From: Bacteroidia bacterium
Lineage (GTDB): Bacteria > Bacteroidota > Bacteroidia > UBA4408
Direction: 5' to 3'
Assembly: GCA_023262495.1 (NCBI GenBank)
Contig: JALRAS010000002.1
Span: 2,566 to 66,565 of the forward strand
Length of the DNA: 64,000 bases
In this document: positions 10,432-20,186 of the stretch, in pieces
Layout: every line of letters starts with the position of its first letter
How positions within the stretch are numbered: the stretch's first letter is position 1
Notes under the pieces: model-generated
The model's database searches: none
Told to the model about the DNA's origin: nothing
What the model saw: the letters and a program-made list of their open reading frames with translations, nothing else
Translations under genes and position numbers: made by a program

Positions 10432-10830
10432 GGGGAAATAAGGTATATGCTAACCTCTATCGGGGCTAAGTAGATAATACGGCCTTCCTATTTAAAATCT
10501 TTTTTTTTGCATAGACAAGCATACTGGTAGCGTTTAGATTGCTCGTAAAGGCAAAGTGCAACTTGGTGTTTTATAATTGTTAGAGTTGCGCTGGGCTTTA
10601 TCGCATTGAAGAGTATTTTAACAACATCTGTTATATTATTTTTGAAGCAATAAATTGAGCATACTACATTCAAAACAAGGCATGGCCGGGTTTCAGATTG
10701 TTTGCGGAGACTGAGGGATTACTCCGGTAAGTGATCCCTGACGGGGGGAGGCAACAGTTTAACCGAATGAAGGCACTGTGTGCCTATCAATTTTTATTTG
10801 CGAGATTTCGCTCAAGCCTGCTTGGCTTAT

Positions 10831-10860
10831 CCCACAAATAAAAATTGCCCCTTACGGGGC
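10831..10860 (-). terminator. rho-independent terminator after tRNA-Ser
   Basis: On the minus strand, GCCCCGUAAGGGGC hairpin followed by AAUUUUUAUUU, immediately 3' of the tRNA. Confidence 0.6.
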
Positions 10861-10872
10861 ATTCGGTTTTAC

Positions 10873-10962
10873 TGGCGGAGACTGAGGGATTCGAACCCTC
10901 GATACACTTGCGCGTATACAAACTTTCCAGGCTTGCTCGTTCGACCACTCTGACAAGTCTCC
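10873..10962 (-). tRNA. tRNA-Ser (anticodon GGA), CCA encoded
   Basis: Minus strand reads GGAGACTTGTCAGAGTGGTCGAACGAGCAAGCCTGGAAAGTTTG...long variable arm...CGAGGGTTCGAATCCCTCAGTCTCCGCCA. Acceptor stem GGAGACU/AGUCUCC, anticodon loop CU-GGA-AA. The long variable arm makes it class II. Confidence 0.85.
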
Positions 10963-10990
10963 GTTAAAATAGGAGCACAAAGTTAGTAAA

Positions 10991-11911
10991 TTAATCTATT
11001 TGTTGAGTCATGTGCTCTTTTTCGCGTTTTCTAATCGCCACAAAAAGTATGGAAACCATAAGCAAACTTACCGGCACATAAATCACTCCATGAGCGCCCA
11101 CGCCTACAGTTTCGAGCTCCTGCGAAACATTGTTGCCTTGTACCATGTAAGCAATTAACACTGCGCCTGCATTATTCACAAAATGCCCTATCACAGGCAA
11201 CCAAATACTACCACTCCACCACAACATATATCCAAAAGCAGCGCCCATAAACATGCGCGGAAAAAAACCTAGAAACTGCATATGCAGTGCACTAAACAAG
11301 ATTGCCGAAAGCCATATCCCTAGATGTGGATTTTTTGTGAGCTTTTGCAGTAATGGCTGCAATGCTCCTCTAAATAACAATTCTTCGCCAACAGCCGGAA
11401 TAAAGCCAATCATGAGTAAATTCACCAACAAGTCGGATGAGCTGTTCATCTTTAAAAATATTTCGGTAATGCGCTCCGCATCCTGCTCTGCTTGATGCAT
11501 CCATTGGGGGGCAGGCATGTGATTGTTCATTTCTGCCATCCAGTTGATGAGTGGCTGAGCTCCCAACATAAGCAGCGCCACACAAAATGCTGAATACAAA
11601 AGTGGTTTTTTATTTAACGACAAATAAGACATTGGGCTGGCACTTTCAAGCCGTGCAAATACCAAAGCCGGAACAATAAATATTCCAAAAGCTTGCATCA
11701 CCTGCATGAGCTTGAGCGCAGGCACTACATCAGGTTGATTGGTTTGTGTAAGAATTGCCGGATTCGACAGTACGGGCAAATGAAATACTACGCTCACCAA
11801 CACAATGGAAAGAACCGAAAATATGCCCAATGAAAGCAATGCCAATCCTAATAGCACCATTACTTTTCCTGCTGTAGACTGATGTTGTAAAAAGGTTGGT
11901 TGTGAGGTCAT
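10991..11911 (-). CDS. CPBP family intramembrane glutamic endopeptidase (CAAX protease / Abi family)
   Basis: Polytopic. EELLFRG motif 1 and FSALHM...HFVNN motifs. Confidence 0.85.
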   Translation of the reverse strand: MTSQPTFLQHQSTAGKVMVLLGLALLSLGIFSVLSIVLVSVVFHLPVLSNPAILTQTNQPDVVPALKLMQVMQAFGIFIVPALVFARLESASPMSYLSLNKKPLLYSAFCVALLMLGAQPLINWMAEMNNHMPAPQWMHQAEQDAERITEIFLKMNSSSDLLVNLLMIGFIPAVGEELLFRGALQPLLQKLTKNPHLGIWLSAILFSALHMQFLGFFPRMFMGAAFGYMLWWSGSIWLPVIGHFVNNAGAVLIAYMVQGNNVSQELETVGVGAHGVIYVPVSLLMVSILFVAIRKREKEHMTQQID

Positions 11912-11938
11912 GCTATTTTGATATTTTGACTGAAAAAA

Positions 11939-12988
11939 GTGGCAGCAATTGCTTACTTTTGCGCAAAAATAGAAATTACTTTGGTTAAAATCGGAAATAT
12001 TGAGTTGGGTGATTTTCCCCTGTTGCTAGCGCCAATGGAAGATGTGAGCGATCCGCCATTTAGAGCAGTTTGTAAGCAAAACGGAGCCGATTTAATGTAT
12101 ACTGAATTTATTTCTTCCGAAGGTCTTATCAGAAGCGCTGCGAAGAGCATGCAAAAGCTCGATATTTTTGACTATGAGCGACCAATTGGTATTCAAATTT
12201 TTGGTGGTGATATCGACAGCATGCGCGAATCAGCCATTATTTCGGCTAGCGTTGGTCCCGATTTGGTTGATATTAATTACGGCTGCCCTGTAAAAAATGT
12301 GGCTTGCAGAGGTGCCGGTGCTGCAATGTTGCGCGATGTGCCCAAAATGGTTGCCATTACGGCCGAAATTGTAAAGGCAGTTAACATTCCGGTAACCGTA
12401 AAAACAAGATTGGGTTGGGATGAAAACACTAAAAATGTACCTGAGGTAGCAGAGCGTTTACAAGATATTGGCATCAAAGCGCTATCTGTGCATGGGCGCA
12501 CAAGGGTGCAAATGTATAAAGGAGAAGCCGACTGGACATTGATCAGGGAAATCAAGGAAAATCCGCGCATCACTATCCCAATCTTTGGGAATGGCGATGT
12601 TGACAGCCCTGAAAAAGCACTGCACATGAAAAATACGTATGGTGTTGATGGCATCATGATAGGTCGTGCCTCTATAGGTTATCCTTGGATTTTTAATGAG
12701 GTAAAACACTTTTTAAAAACAGGTACTCATTTGCCTAAGCCAACGGTGGCAGAGCGTGTAGAAGTATGCAGAAAACATCTTGAATTTTCAATCAGATGGA
12801 AAAAACAGGTGTTGGGTATTTTAGAAATGCGCAGGCATTATGCCAACTATTTTAAGGGTTTTCACGACTTTAAACCCTATCGTATGCGCCTTGTTACAAC
12901 AAGCAATATTGATGAAATTTATCATACCTTAGAAGAAATAAAAAACAATTACAGCGGGGCTGAAAATCCTGCCTTGCTAACCACTTAA
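11939..12988 (+). CDS. dusB: tRNA dihydrouridine synthase
   Basis: LLLAPMEDVSDPPFRAVC...TIM-barrel Dus motifs and catalytic Cys region (YGCPVKNVAC). True start may be the TTG just upstream of VKIGNIELG. Confidence 0.88.
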   Translation: MAAIAYFCAKIEITLVKIGNIELGDFPLLLAPMEDVSDPPFRAVCKQNGADLMYTEFISSEGLIRSAAKSMQKLDIFDYERPIGIQIFGGDIDSMRESAIISASVGPDLVDINYGCPVKNVACRGAGAAMLRDVPKMVAITAEIVKAVNIPVTVKTRLGWDENTKNVPEVAERLQDIGIKALSVHGRTRVQMYKGEADWTLIREIKENPRITIPIFGNGDVDSPEKALHMKNTYGVDGIMIGRASIGYPWIFNEVKHFLKTGTHLPKPTVAERVEVCRKHLEFSIRWKKQVLGILEMRRHYANYFKGFHDFKPYRMRLVTTSNIDEIYHTLEEIKNNYSGAENPALLTT

Positions 12989-13000
12989 AAATATAATTAT

Positions 13001-13693
13001 ATGAAATTTGGAGTAGTGATTTTCCCGGGTTCAAACTGCGATGCTGACATGATTTATGTGTTGCAAAACATCATGAAGCAGGAAGTAGTATCATTGTGGC
13101 ACAAGGATACAGATTTGAAAGGATGCGACTTTATTGTGCTGCCCGGTGGTTTTTCGTTTGGCGACTACTTGCGCTCCGGTGCTATTGCACGCTTTTCTCC
13201 CATCATGGAAAAGGTAATTGCCTTTGCTCATAAGGGTGGTTATGTATTTGGGGTATGCAATGGTTTTCAAATTTTGTGCGAAGCGGGATTGGTGCCGGGT
13301 GCACTGCTGCACAATAATAATCAGCGCTTCAACTGCAAAAATGTTTACATCAAAGCTGCCCAAAACAATACGCTTATCACGCAAGCTTGCCCTACTGATA
13401 AGGCATTAAAAATTCCTATCGCCCATGGCGAGGGTCGATATTTTACAGATGAGAAAACACTGGCACAAATGAAAGCAAACGGACAAATTTTGTTCAACTA
13501 TTGTGATGCCGATGGTCACCTTGCTGAACATGCCAATCCAAATGGTTCTCTGGAAAATATTGCCGGTGTTTGTAATGCACAAAAAAATGTTTTTGGGATG
13601 ATGCCACATCCTGAAAGGGCCGCTGACGCACACTTGGGAAATACTGACGGATTGTATATTTTTGAATCTATCTTAAAGCTTGTAACCGCCTAA
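13001..13693 (+). CDS. purQ: phosphoribosylformylglycinamidine synthase subunit PurQ (glutaminase)
   Basis: MKFGVVIFPGSNCD...GVCNGFQIL (catalytic Cys)...MPHPER. Length 230 aa. Confidence 0.9.
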   Translation: MKFGVVIFPGSNCDADMIYVLQNIMKQEVVSLWHKDTDLKGCDFIVLPGGFSFGDYLRSGAIARFSPIMEKVIAFAHKGGYVFGVCNGFQILCEAGLVPGALLHNNNQRFNCKNVYIKAAQNNTLITQACPTDKALKIPIAHGEGRYFTDEKTLAQMKANGQILFNYCDADGHLAEHANPNGSLENIAGVCNAQKNVFGMMPHPERAADAHLGNTDGLYIFESILKLVTA

Positions 13694-14067
13694 ACAAGGG
13701 CTTCCCCACTCAAATAGATGTTACAATAGCCATAATGTGGTCAAAGTTGAACTTATTGGCAACTTGAGGATTGTGCTTAAACACAATTTTGGCATCCTGA
13801 TGCAGTCGTATTAAACAATTCAAGATGAGCTCATCGGCTTGTTTTTTGGCGCTAAACTCTTATTAGGTTGCATTTCTTTTTTTATCTCCTATGTTGCTCA
13901 AGCAGACTTATGGACTTATTTATAATAGGTTGTGGTATTAGGGTTAATCCCAAATTAATCAATATAAGTTAGGAATGTAACGGACTAGTGATTTTATGAG
14001 GGCAATCCCGCTTAGCAGGTGTTTTCAATCTATTGGTTCAATGGATTGAATTACAGTTGTTTCAGCT

Positions 14068-14115
14068 ATTCCGCTTATACTAATGCGGAATTCTGGTTAA
14101 TTGAGGTTAACCTCA
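14068..14115. promoter_or_regulatory. pair of inverted repeats upstream of the cobalamin-rSAM operon
   Basis: attccgc-N10-gcggaat (14068-14091) and perfect 14-bp palindrome tgaggttaacctca (14102-14115), about 45 bp upstream of the probable ATG at 14158. Confidence 0.35.
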
Positions 14116-15117
14116 GCGTATTGCGAATCACGTAAAAATGTATTATGTTTGACTTGTATGAATGCTTTTTCCTCCGCCACACTTACATCAAAAGAACAAA
14201 AACTATCGCGCAGTGAAACATCTGTAATCAAGTGTTTATTGTACTTTGATGTATTTCAATATCCGCTCACAGCAGCAGAGATTTTACGTTTTAATCATGG
14301 TATTCGCCACAAGGAAGAGTTGACACAAGTAATCAGTTCTTTACAAGAAAAAAAATTAATTCAAGAGCGAGAGGCGCATTATTTCATTTATGCATCTGAA
14401 CACATTTTAGACAGGCGTAAAAAAGGAAATGCCATGGCTGCGGCAATCATGCCAAAGGCAATACGATACGGAAAATTTATTGCAAAATTTCCATTTGTTG
14501 AAACCGTTTGCATATCGGGCGGACTATCTAAAAATTATTTTGACGAGCAGGGCGATGTTGATTTTTTTATCATTACTAAACCTCATCGATTGTGGCTCTG
14601 CAGAAGTATTTTGGTTGGATTTAAAAAAATATTTTTGCTCAACTCCAGAAAGTATTTTTGCGTGAATTACTTTGTTGACAGCAACAACTTGAGCATTCCT
14701 GACCAAAATATTTTTACCGCAACTGAAATTGCAACACTTATTCCCATACACAATAATTGGGGATACCACCGATTTATGCAGGAAAATAATTGGATTGCTG
14801 CGCTTCTGCCTAATGCAAGCATAACAAATGTAAGCCCAACATCTCAGAGCCAAACAAACATTTTTAAACAAGCAGGAGAATGGCTTTTTAGAGGAAAATT
14901 AGGGCATTTTGCCGATCAACAACTGTTTACATTAACGCTTAAAGTGTGGCAAAAAAAATTCAAACATTTTAGTAAAGATGATTTTGATTTACAAATGCGC
15001 TCACGCAAAAATGTAAGCAAACACCACCCGGGAGGATTTCAGGAAAAAGTGCTAAACAGGTTATCGGCCGCACAAGAAAAATTTTGTAACACGCATCAGA
15101 TAACATTTTCCGATTGA
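14101..15117 (+). CDS. hypothetical protein; possible winged-helix N-terminus plus nucleotidyltransferase-fold-like core (GG-x10-GDVDFFII); first gene of operon
   Basis: The ORF track starts at TTG 14101, and ATG 14158 (MNAFSSATL) is the more likely start. The gene is translationally coupled (ATGA overlap) to the next gene. I recognise no family with confidence. Confidence 0.6.
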   Translation: MRLTSAYCESRKNVLCLTCMNAFSSATLTSKEQKLSRSETSVIKCLLYFDVFQYPLTAAEILRFNHGIRHKEELTQVISSLQEKKLIQEREAHYFIYASEHILDRRKKGNAMAAAIMPKAIRYGKFIAKFPFVETVCISGGLSKNYFDEQGDVDFFIITKPHRLWLCRSILVGFKKIFLLNSRKYFCVNYFVDSNNLSIPDQNIFTATEIATLIPIHNNWGYHRFMQENNWIAALLPNASITNVSPTSQSQTNIFKQAGEWLFRGKLGHFADQQLFTLTLKVWQKKFKHFSKDDFDLQMRSRKNVSKHHPGGFQEKVLNRLSAAQEKFCNTHQITFSD

Positions 15118-16571
15118 TGAAGGTACTGTTTACACATTCTTATTTTTTGCGTTTTGATGCCAAGCAGTGGGAATTGCAGCAGCCCTACGCTCCTTTAGGC
15201 ACCATGTATGCCGCAGCTGTATTACGCAGGGCGGGTTTTGAGGTGCAATTGCATGATGTGATGTTTGCTCAAACTGCTTCAGAGATACTAGAACCCCTGC
15301 AAACACATCGTCCCAATTGGTTGGTTATTTATGACGATGGTTTTAACTACCTCACCAAAATGTGCCTAACCAACATGCGCGAAGCAGCATTTGAGATGAT
15401 TCAAATTGCTAAGAGGGAAGGCTGCAAAGTTGCTGTATCAAGCTCTGACAGTACCGATCATTATGCCTCCTATTTGCAAAAAGGTGCGGATGCTATTTTA
15501 TTGGGCGAGGCAGAAGAAACCTTAGAAGAGCTTATGAGTAAAGATGCCTCAGGTGCCGATTGGACAGACATTAAGGGCATTGCTTGCATGATGAATGAGG
15601 TGCCTGTGTGCAACCCTCGTAGGCCCGTAATAAAACAATTAGATGACATTCCTTTTCCTGCTTGGGACCTTGTTGATATTGATTCATATAAAAAACGTTG
15701 GATACAATCGAGTGGATATTTTTCAATCAACATGGGCACTACAAGAGGCTGCCCGTACAAGTGCAATTGGTGCGCCAAACCTATTTACGGAAACCGCTAC
15801 AATAGCCGTTCGCCCGAAAATGCAGTAACCGAAATAAAAATGTTGTATGAAAAATATCGGTTTGATCATATATGGTTTTGCGATGATATTTTTGGGTTAA
15901 AGCCCGGATGGGTGCAAGCATTTGCCGATTTGATAGAAAAAGAGAAACTACATTTCAATTTTAAAATTCAGTCGAGGGTAGACCTTTTACTTGAAGATGA
16001 ACAAATCGCTCATCTTGCTCGAGCAGGATGTAATAATGTATGGGTGGGCGCAGAAAGCGGTTCGCAGAAGATACTTGATGCGATGGATAAAGGCACCAAA
16101 GTAGAACAAATTTATACAGCCACACGTTTATTAAAGAAAAATGGGATTAAGCCGGCCTTCTTTATTCAGTTTGGCTATCCCGGAGAAAACATGAAAGATA
16201 TTGAGCAAACAATGCGCATGATTAATGATTTGCTTCCGGAAGATATTGGGGTATCGGTTTCTTACCCGCTGCCCGGTACCAAGTTTTATGAGCAGGTAAA
16301 GCATGAGCTCAGTGGTAAGGCCAATTGGTCAGATTCAGATGATTTGGCATTGATGTTTAAACATACCTATTCGGCACAATTTTACAGGCAACTTCACCGT
16401 TATGTGCACAAAAATTACAGAAAGCAACAGGCACTTAAAACCTTTAAAGATCTATTAAAATTGCAAAAAAAATACAATTTTGGTACTTTGAAGCGTGCTT
16501 TGTCGTATATATGGTATGTACCTGCCAGTATGATTGAAAAACAAAAACTAAAACAACTGCACCATGAATAA
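15114..16571 (+). CDS. B12-binding domain-containing radical SAM protein (paralog 1)
   Basis: N-terminal Rossmann-like cobalamin-binding domain (KVLFTHSYF...PLGTMYAAAVL). Radical-SAM CX3CX2C motif (GCPYKCNWC). Start overlaps the upstream stop (ATGA). Confidence 0.85.
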   Translation: MMKVLFTHSYFLRFDAKQWELQQPYAPLGTMYAAAVLRRAGFEVQLHDVMFAQTASEILEPLQTHRPNWLVIYDDGFNYLTKMCLTNMREAAFEMIQIAKREGCKVAVSSSDSTDHYASYLQKGADAILLGEAEETLEELMSKDASGADWTDIKGIACMMNEVPVCNPRRPVIKQLDDIPFPAWDLVDIDSYKKRWIQSSGYFSINMGTTRGCPYKCNWCAKPIYGNRYNSRSPENAVTEIKMLYEKYRFDHIWFCDDIFGLKPGWVQAFADLIEKEKLHFNFKIQSRVDLLLEDEQIAHLARAGCNNVWVGAESGSQKILDAMDKGTKVEQIYTATRLLKKNGIKPAFFIQFGYPGENMKDIEQTMRMINDLLPEDIGVSVSYPLPGTKFYEQVKHELSGKANWSDSDDLALMFKHTYSAQFYRQLHRYVHKNYRKQQALKTFKDLLKLQKKYNFGTLKRALSYIWYVPASMIEKQKLKQLHHE

Positions 16572-17376
16572 TACCAAAGAAGCATTTAATAGGGCTGCCG
16601 TTGATTATGATATTAGTTTTACCAACACACCCATCGGCAATATGCAAAGACAGCGTGTTTGGAATTACCTTGAACAAATTTTAAAAACCCGAAAGGCCGA
16701 TGTGCTTGAAATTAATTGTGGTACAGGAGAAGATGCGCTTTGGCTATCGAAACATTGCTATAGCATAACCGCAACAGACTTGGCAGGAAGTATGATAACG
16801 GTTGCCGAAAGTAAAAAAATTATTGCGGGAGTTCAGAATGTTTCGTTTAAAGCAGTTGATTTCTTTAACCTACATAAAACATTAGCCCCTCAACAATACG
16901 ATTTTATTTTCAGCAACTTTGGCGGACTTAATTGCGCCAACGAGCCCGAGTTGGAGCTATTGACCAAGGATTTCGCAAAGCTGCTCTATCCGGGAGGAAA
17001 AATAGTAATGGTAGTTATGGGAAAGTATTGCTTGTGGGAAACACTTTACTTTATGATGAAGTTTAAGTTTGGAAAAGCATTGCGCAGGTGGGATAACAAG
17101 GGTGTTCATACCATTATTGAAGATGAAGAGTTTGAAACATGGTATTACAGCATTGGTAGTTTGAAAAAAATATTTGCTCCTTATTTCACACTCACAGATG
17201 TGAAACCTATTGCCTTTGCTGTTCCTCCGTCATACATGCAGCCATTTTTTAATAGAAAACCCAATTGGCTCGCTCGATTGAATAAATGGGATGGTTTTTT
17301 TTCAAATTGGCGCTTGTTAGCCAATTTCAGCGATCATTTGGTGTTGACTTTTGAATTGAAAAATCCGGTGGATTGA
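16564..17376 (+). CDS. class I SAM-dependent methyltransferase
   Basis: Motif I VLEINCGTGEDALWL, post-I acidic residue (TATDLAG), and Methyltransf_11/25-like architecture. Overlaps the upstream gene by 8 nt. Confidence 0.8.
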   Translation: MNNTKEAFNRAAVDYDISFTNTPIGNMQRQRVWNYLEQILKTRKADVLEINCGTGEDALWLSKHCYSITATDLAGSMITVAESKKIIAGVQNVSFKAVDFFNLHKTLAPQQYDFIFSNFGGLNCANEPELELLTKDFAKLLYPGGKIVMVVMGKYCLWETLYFMMKFKFGKALRRWDNKGVHTIIEDEEFETWYYSIGSLKKIFAPYFTLTDVKPIAFAVPPSYMQPFFNRKPNWLARLNKWDGFFSNWRLLANFSDHLVLTFELKNPVD

Positions 17377-17380
17377 GCGC

Positions 17381-18793
17381 ATGGCAAATCAACACAAAGT
17401 AGTATTTACACATGGTTATTTTTTACATGAAGACCCAAAAGAAAGGGTAATCATGAGACCTTACCCACCATTGGGTATTTTATATTTGAGTGCCTATTTA
17501 GAGCAAAACGGCATTGATAACGAGGTGTTTGATGCTACCTTTTCAACCCCTGAATTATTGAAAGCTTATTTGCTTGAAAACAAGCCCGGTATTATTGGTA
17601 TTTACACCAACTTAATGACTAAGATTAATGTTTTAAAAATTATTGATATAGTCAAATATGAGCCAACATTAAAGCATACCAAAGTGATTTTGGGTGGTCC
17701 GGAAGTACGCAATCATGCCGAAAACTTTTTGAGGTATGGTGCCGATGTGATTGTTTTGGGAGAAGGAGAGGAAACCATGCTTGAACTTGTTAATCATTTC
17801 ATTCAGGGTTCAAACGAAGGTCTTTTAAGCATTAAAAGTATTGCTTTTATGAACGAGCAAAATCAGCTGCAACTTACCGAAAGTAGACCCCTGCTCAAGC
17901 AAATTGATTTGCTTCCTATGCCCAACCGCAAAAAAATAAATATGCAACTGTACTTTGATGCGTGGAAGAAATATCATGGACAGAGTGTGGTTTCGGTAAG
18001 CACAATGCGCGGTTGTCCATATACTTGTAAATGGTGCAGCAGGGCTGTTTATGGTCAAAGTTATCGCAGAAAAAGTGCTAAGTTGGTAGTTGATGAAATG
18101 GAGTATTTAAAAAACACTTACCAAGCAGATGCTATTTGGTTTGTTGATGATGTGTTTACAGTAAGCTTCAAGTGGTTAAAGGAGTTTGCCGATGAGGTTG
18201 CTGCCAGAAAATTGGTTTTCCCCTATGAAATCATTACAAGGGCCGATCGAATGAATGAGGAGGTCATTGATTTATTGAAAGCCAGCGGTTGCTTCCGCGT
18301 ATGGATTGGTGCCGAAAGTGGCTCTCAAAAAATAATTGATGCCATGGACAGACGTGTGGATGTAACTGTTGTGCGCAACATGATTCAGCTCTCACAACAA
18401 AAAGGGATTCAGGCGGGCACTTTTATCATGTTGGGTTATCCGGGTGAAACTACGGCAGATATCAATGAAACAATCCATCATTTAAAGGTTTCCAATCCTG
18501 ATTTGTACACCATTACCATTGCCTACCCAATTAAGGGAACCCCTCTTTACCAAGAGGTTGAAGCTGATTTTACAGTTTTTCCTGAGTGGGATAAGGGCAC
18601 CGACCGCGATATTGACTTTAAGCGCACCTATAACAAAAAGTTTTATGAATATGCCGTGAGATTGGTATATAATGAGGTGCGTTACCACAAAGAAAAACTG
18701 AAGGCTAACACCAATTATTTGTTGCTTCCTTATTTAAAAGCCAAAAGCATCGCGGCTAGAGGGGCTATGTTGTATGAACGGTTAAAATCATGA
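17381..18793 (+). CDS. B12-binding domain-containing radical SAM protein (paralog 2)
   Basis: KVVFTHGYF...PLGILYLSAYL cobalamin-binding domain. GCPYTCKWC radical-SAM motif. GAESGSQKIIDAMDR parallels paralog 1. Confidence 0.85.
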   Translation: MANQHKVVFTHGYFLHEDPKERVIMRPYPPLGILYLSAYLEQNGIDNEVFDATFSTPELLKAYLLENKPGIIGIYTNLMTKINVLKIIDIVKYEPTLKHTKVILGGPEVRNHAENFLRYGADVIVLGEGEETMLELVNHFIQGSNEGLLSIKSIAFMNEQNQLQLTESRPLLKQIDLLPMPNRKKINMQLYFDAWKKYHGQSVVSVSTMRGCPYTCKWCSRAVYGQSYRRKSAKLVVDEMEYLKNTYQADAIWFVDDVFTVSFKWLKEFADEVAARKLVFPYEIITRADRMNEEVIDLLKASGCFRVWIGAESGSQKIIDAMDRRVDVTVVRNMIQLSQQKGIQAGTFIMLGYPGETTADINETIHHLKVSNPDLYTITIAYPIKGTPLYQEVEADFTVFPEWDKGTDRDIDFKRTYNKKFYEYAVRLVYNEVRYHKEKLKANTNYLLLPYLKAKSIAARGAMLYERLKS

Positions 18794-20103
18794 AAGAAAT
18801 TTCTTTCCCAAAGCTGATTATCGCCACACTGGCAGTTACTTCGTTGGTGTTTTTTCTTAGCTTTAAATGGGTGAATAATCAGTGGCGCTATAATATTGCT
18901 GGTGATGGAAAAGGTTATTACATCTATTTACCGGCAGCATTTATCTATCATGATTTCAGTTATGAATTTACTAAACAAACAGAGTTGCAACATTATTCAG
19001 GGGATATACAACCCCCGGTAGCAACACTCTCCAACGGTGAAAAGCTCAACAAATATTTCGTTGGAGAAGCCATGTTGTTATTGCCATTTTTTTTGATTGC
19101 CTACTTGTTTTCTAATATATGTGGCGCAGCAGTTGATGGATACGGTTTTGTTTTTCAGGCAATGGTAAGTGTGGCTGCTCTTTTCTATGCGCTTGCCGGA
19201 CTTTGGCAAATGAAACGATTGCTCCAGCGTTTTCTAGTATCAGAAAATATTATTGCGTTGGTTCTGCTGCTGCTGTTTGCCGGCACAAATTTACTTCATT
19301 ACACACTGATGGAACCATCCATGTCGCACGTGTACTCATTCTTTGCCATTACAAGCTTTTTGGCTGTTACCGGTGATTATTGCATTCACAAAAAAGCTAT
19401 ACAGTTGTTTACTATGGCAAGTTTGTTGGGCATTATTTGTTTGATACGACCGGTGAATGTGCTTATTGTGCTTACAGTACCTTTTATTGGGTTCATGTTG
19501 AATAAACAAGTGTTGTCTCCTTTTAGTAAACAGTCCCTTACCTATGTTGTAGCTGCCTGTGTGTTTTTATGCATTGTTTTTATTCAATTATTGATGTATA
19601 AGTTACAGGTTGGCGAATGGTTGGTTTGGGCTTATGTTGATGAGGGCTTCAATTTTCGAAACCCTCACTTTTTTGATTTTTTATGCTCTTTTAGAAAGGG
19701 TTGGTTGGTTTATACGCCTGTATGTGCGGTGTCACTGTTGGCAGCATTTTATGTTTGGAGAAAAAATATAATGCTCTTGAGTGCCTTTTTTATTCCGCTT
19801 GTAGTGATTATTTATGTATTATCTAGTTGGCACGATTGGGCATACGGAGCAAGCTTGGGCAGCAGACCAATGGTAGATTTTAGTGGCTATGCAATCATAC
19901 CGTTAGCCTTGTGCTTCAATCAAATTAAGAGTTACACATACAAACTTTTGTTGGTATTTTTGGTGTGGTGTATGTTGTTGCTCAACATCATTCAAACCTA
20001 TCAAATCAACAAGTATATTTTGCTTTGGGATGAAATGACATTTGATGCTTACAAAGCTTCGTTTTTAAAAACACATGAGCGTTATGTACACATGCTCGAT
20101 TAA
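18790..20103 (+). CDS. polytopic integral membrane protein (about 11-13 TM helices; possibly GT-C-like or another membrane transferase)
   Basis: Hydrophobic throughout with an extracytoplasmic first loop. ATGA overlap with the upstream rSAM gene. Last gene of the operon. Confidence 0.55.
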   Translation: MKEISFPKLIIATLAVTSLVFFLSFKWVNNQWRYNIAGDGKGYYIYLPAAFIYHDFSYEFTKQTELQHYSGDIQPPVATLSNGEKLNKYFVGEAMLLLPFFLIAYLFSNICGAAVDGYGFVFQAMVSVAALFYALAGLWQMKRLLQRFLVSENIIALVLLLLFAGTNLLHYTLMEPSMSHVYSFFAITSFLAVTGDYCIHKKAIQLFTMASLLGIICLIRPVNVLIVLTVPFIGFMLNKQVLSPFSKQSLTYVVAACVFLCIVFIQLLMYKLQVGEWLVWAYVDEGFNFRNPHFFDFLCSFRKGWLVYTPVCAVSLLAAFYVWRKNIMLLSAFFIPLVVIIYVLSSWHDWAYGASLGSRPMVDFSGYAIIPLALCFNQIKSYTYKLLLVFLVWCMLLLNIIQTYQINKYILLWDEMTFDAYKASFLKTHERYVHMLD

Positions 20104-20186
20104 TGCATTTGAAATGGAAGATTAATTATTTCTTATCTTCGAACTGATTTAACTATTTTCGACATCATATATAGCTAATAGGGCCT

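Noticed and set aside
10680-10870. tmRNA or second tRNA between the tRNA-Ser partial repeat and the tRNA
   Set aside because: Only the last 17 nt of tRNA-Ser are duplicated. There is no D-arm or anticodon arm and no tag-peptide reading frame, and the rest is a terminator plus short hairpins.
13694-14157. Possible cobalamin riboswitch ahead of the B12-rSAM operon
   Set aside because: I looked for the B12-box (GCCACTG-like) and the conserved core helices and found neither. Only two short palindromes are present.
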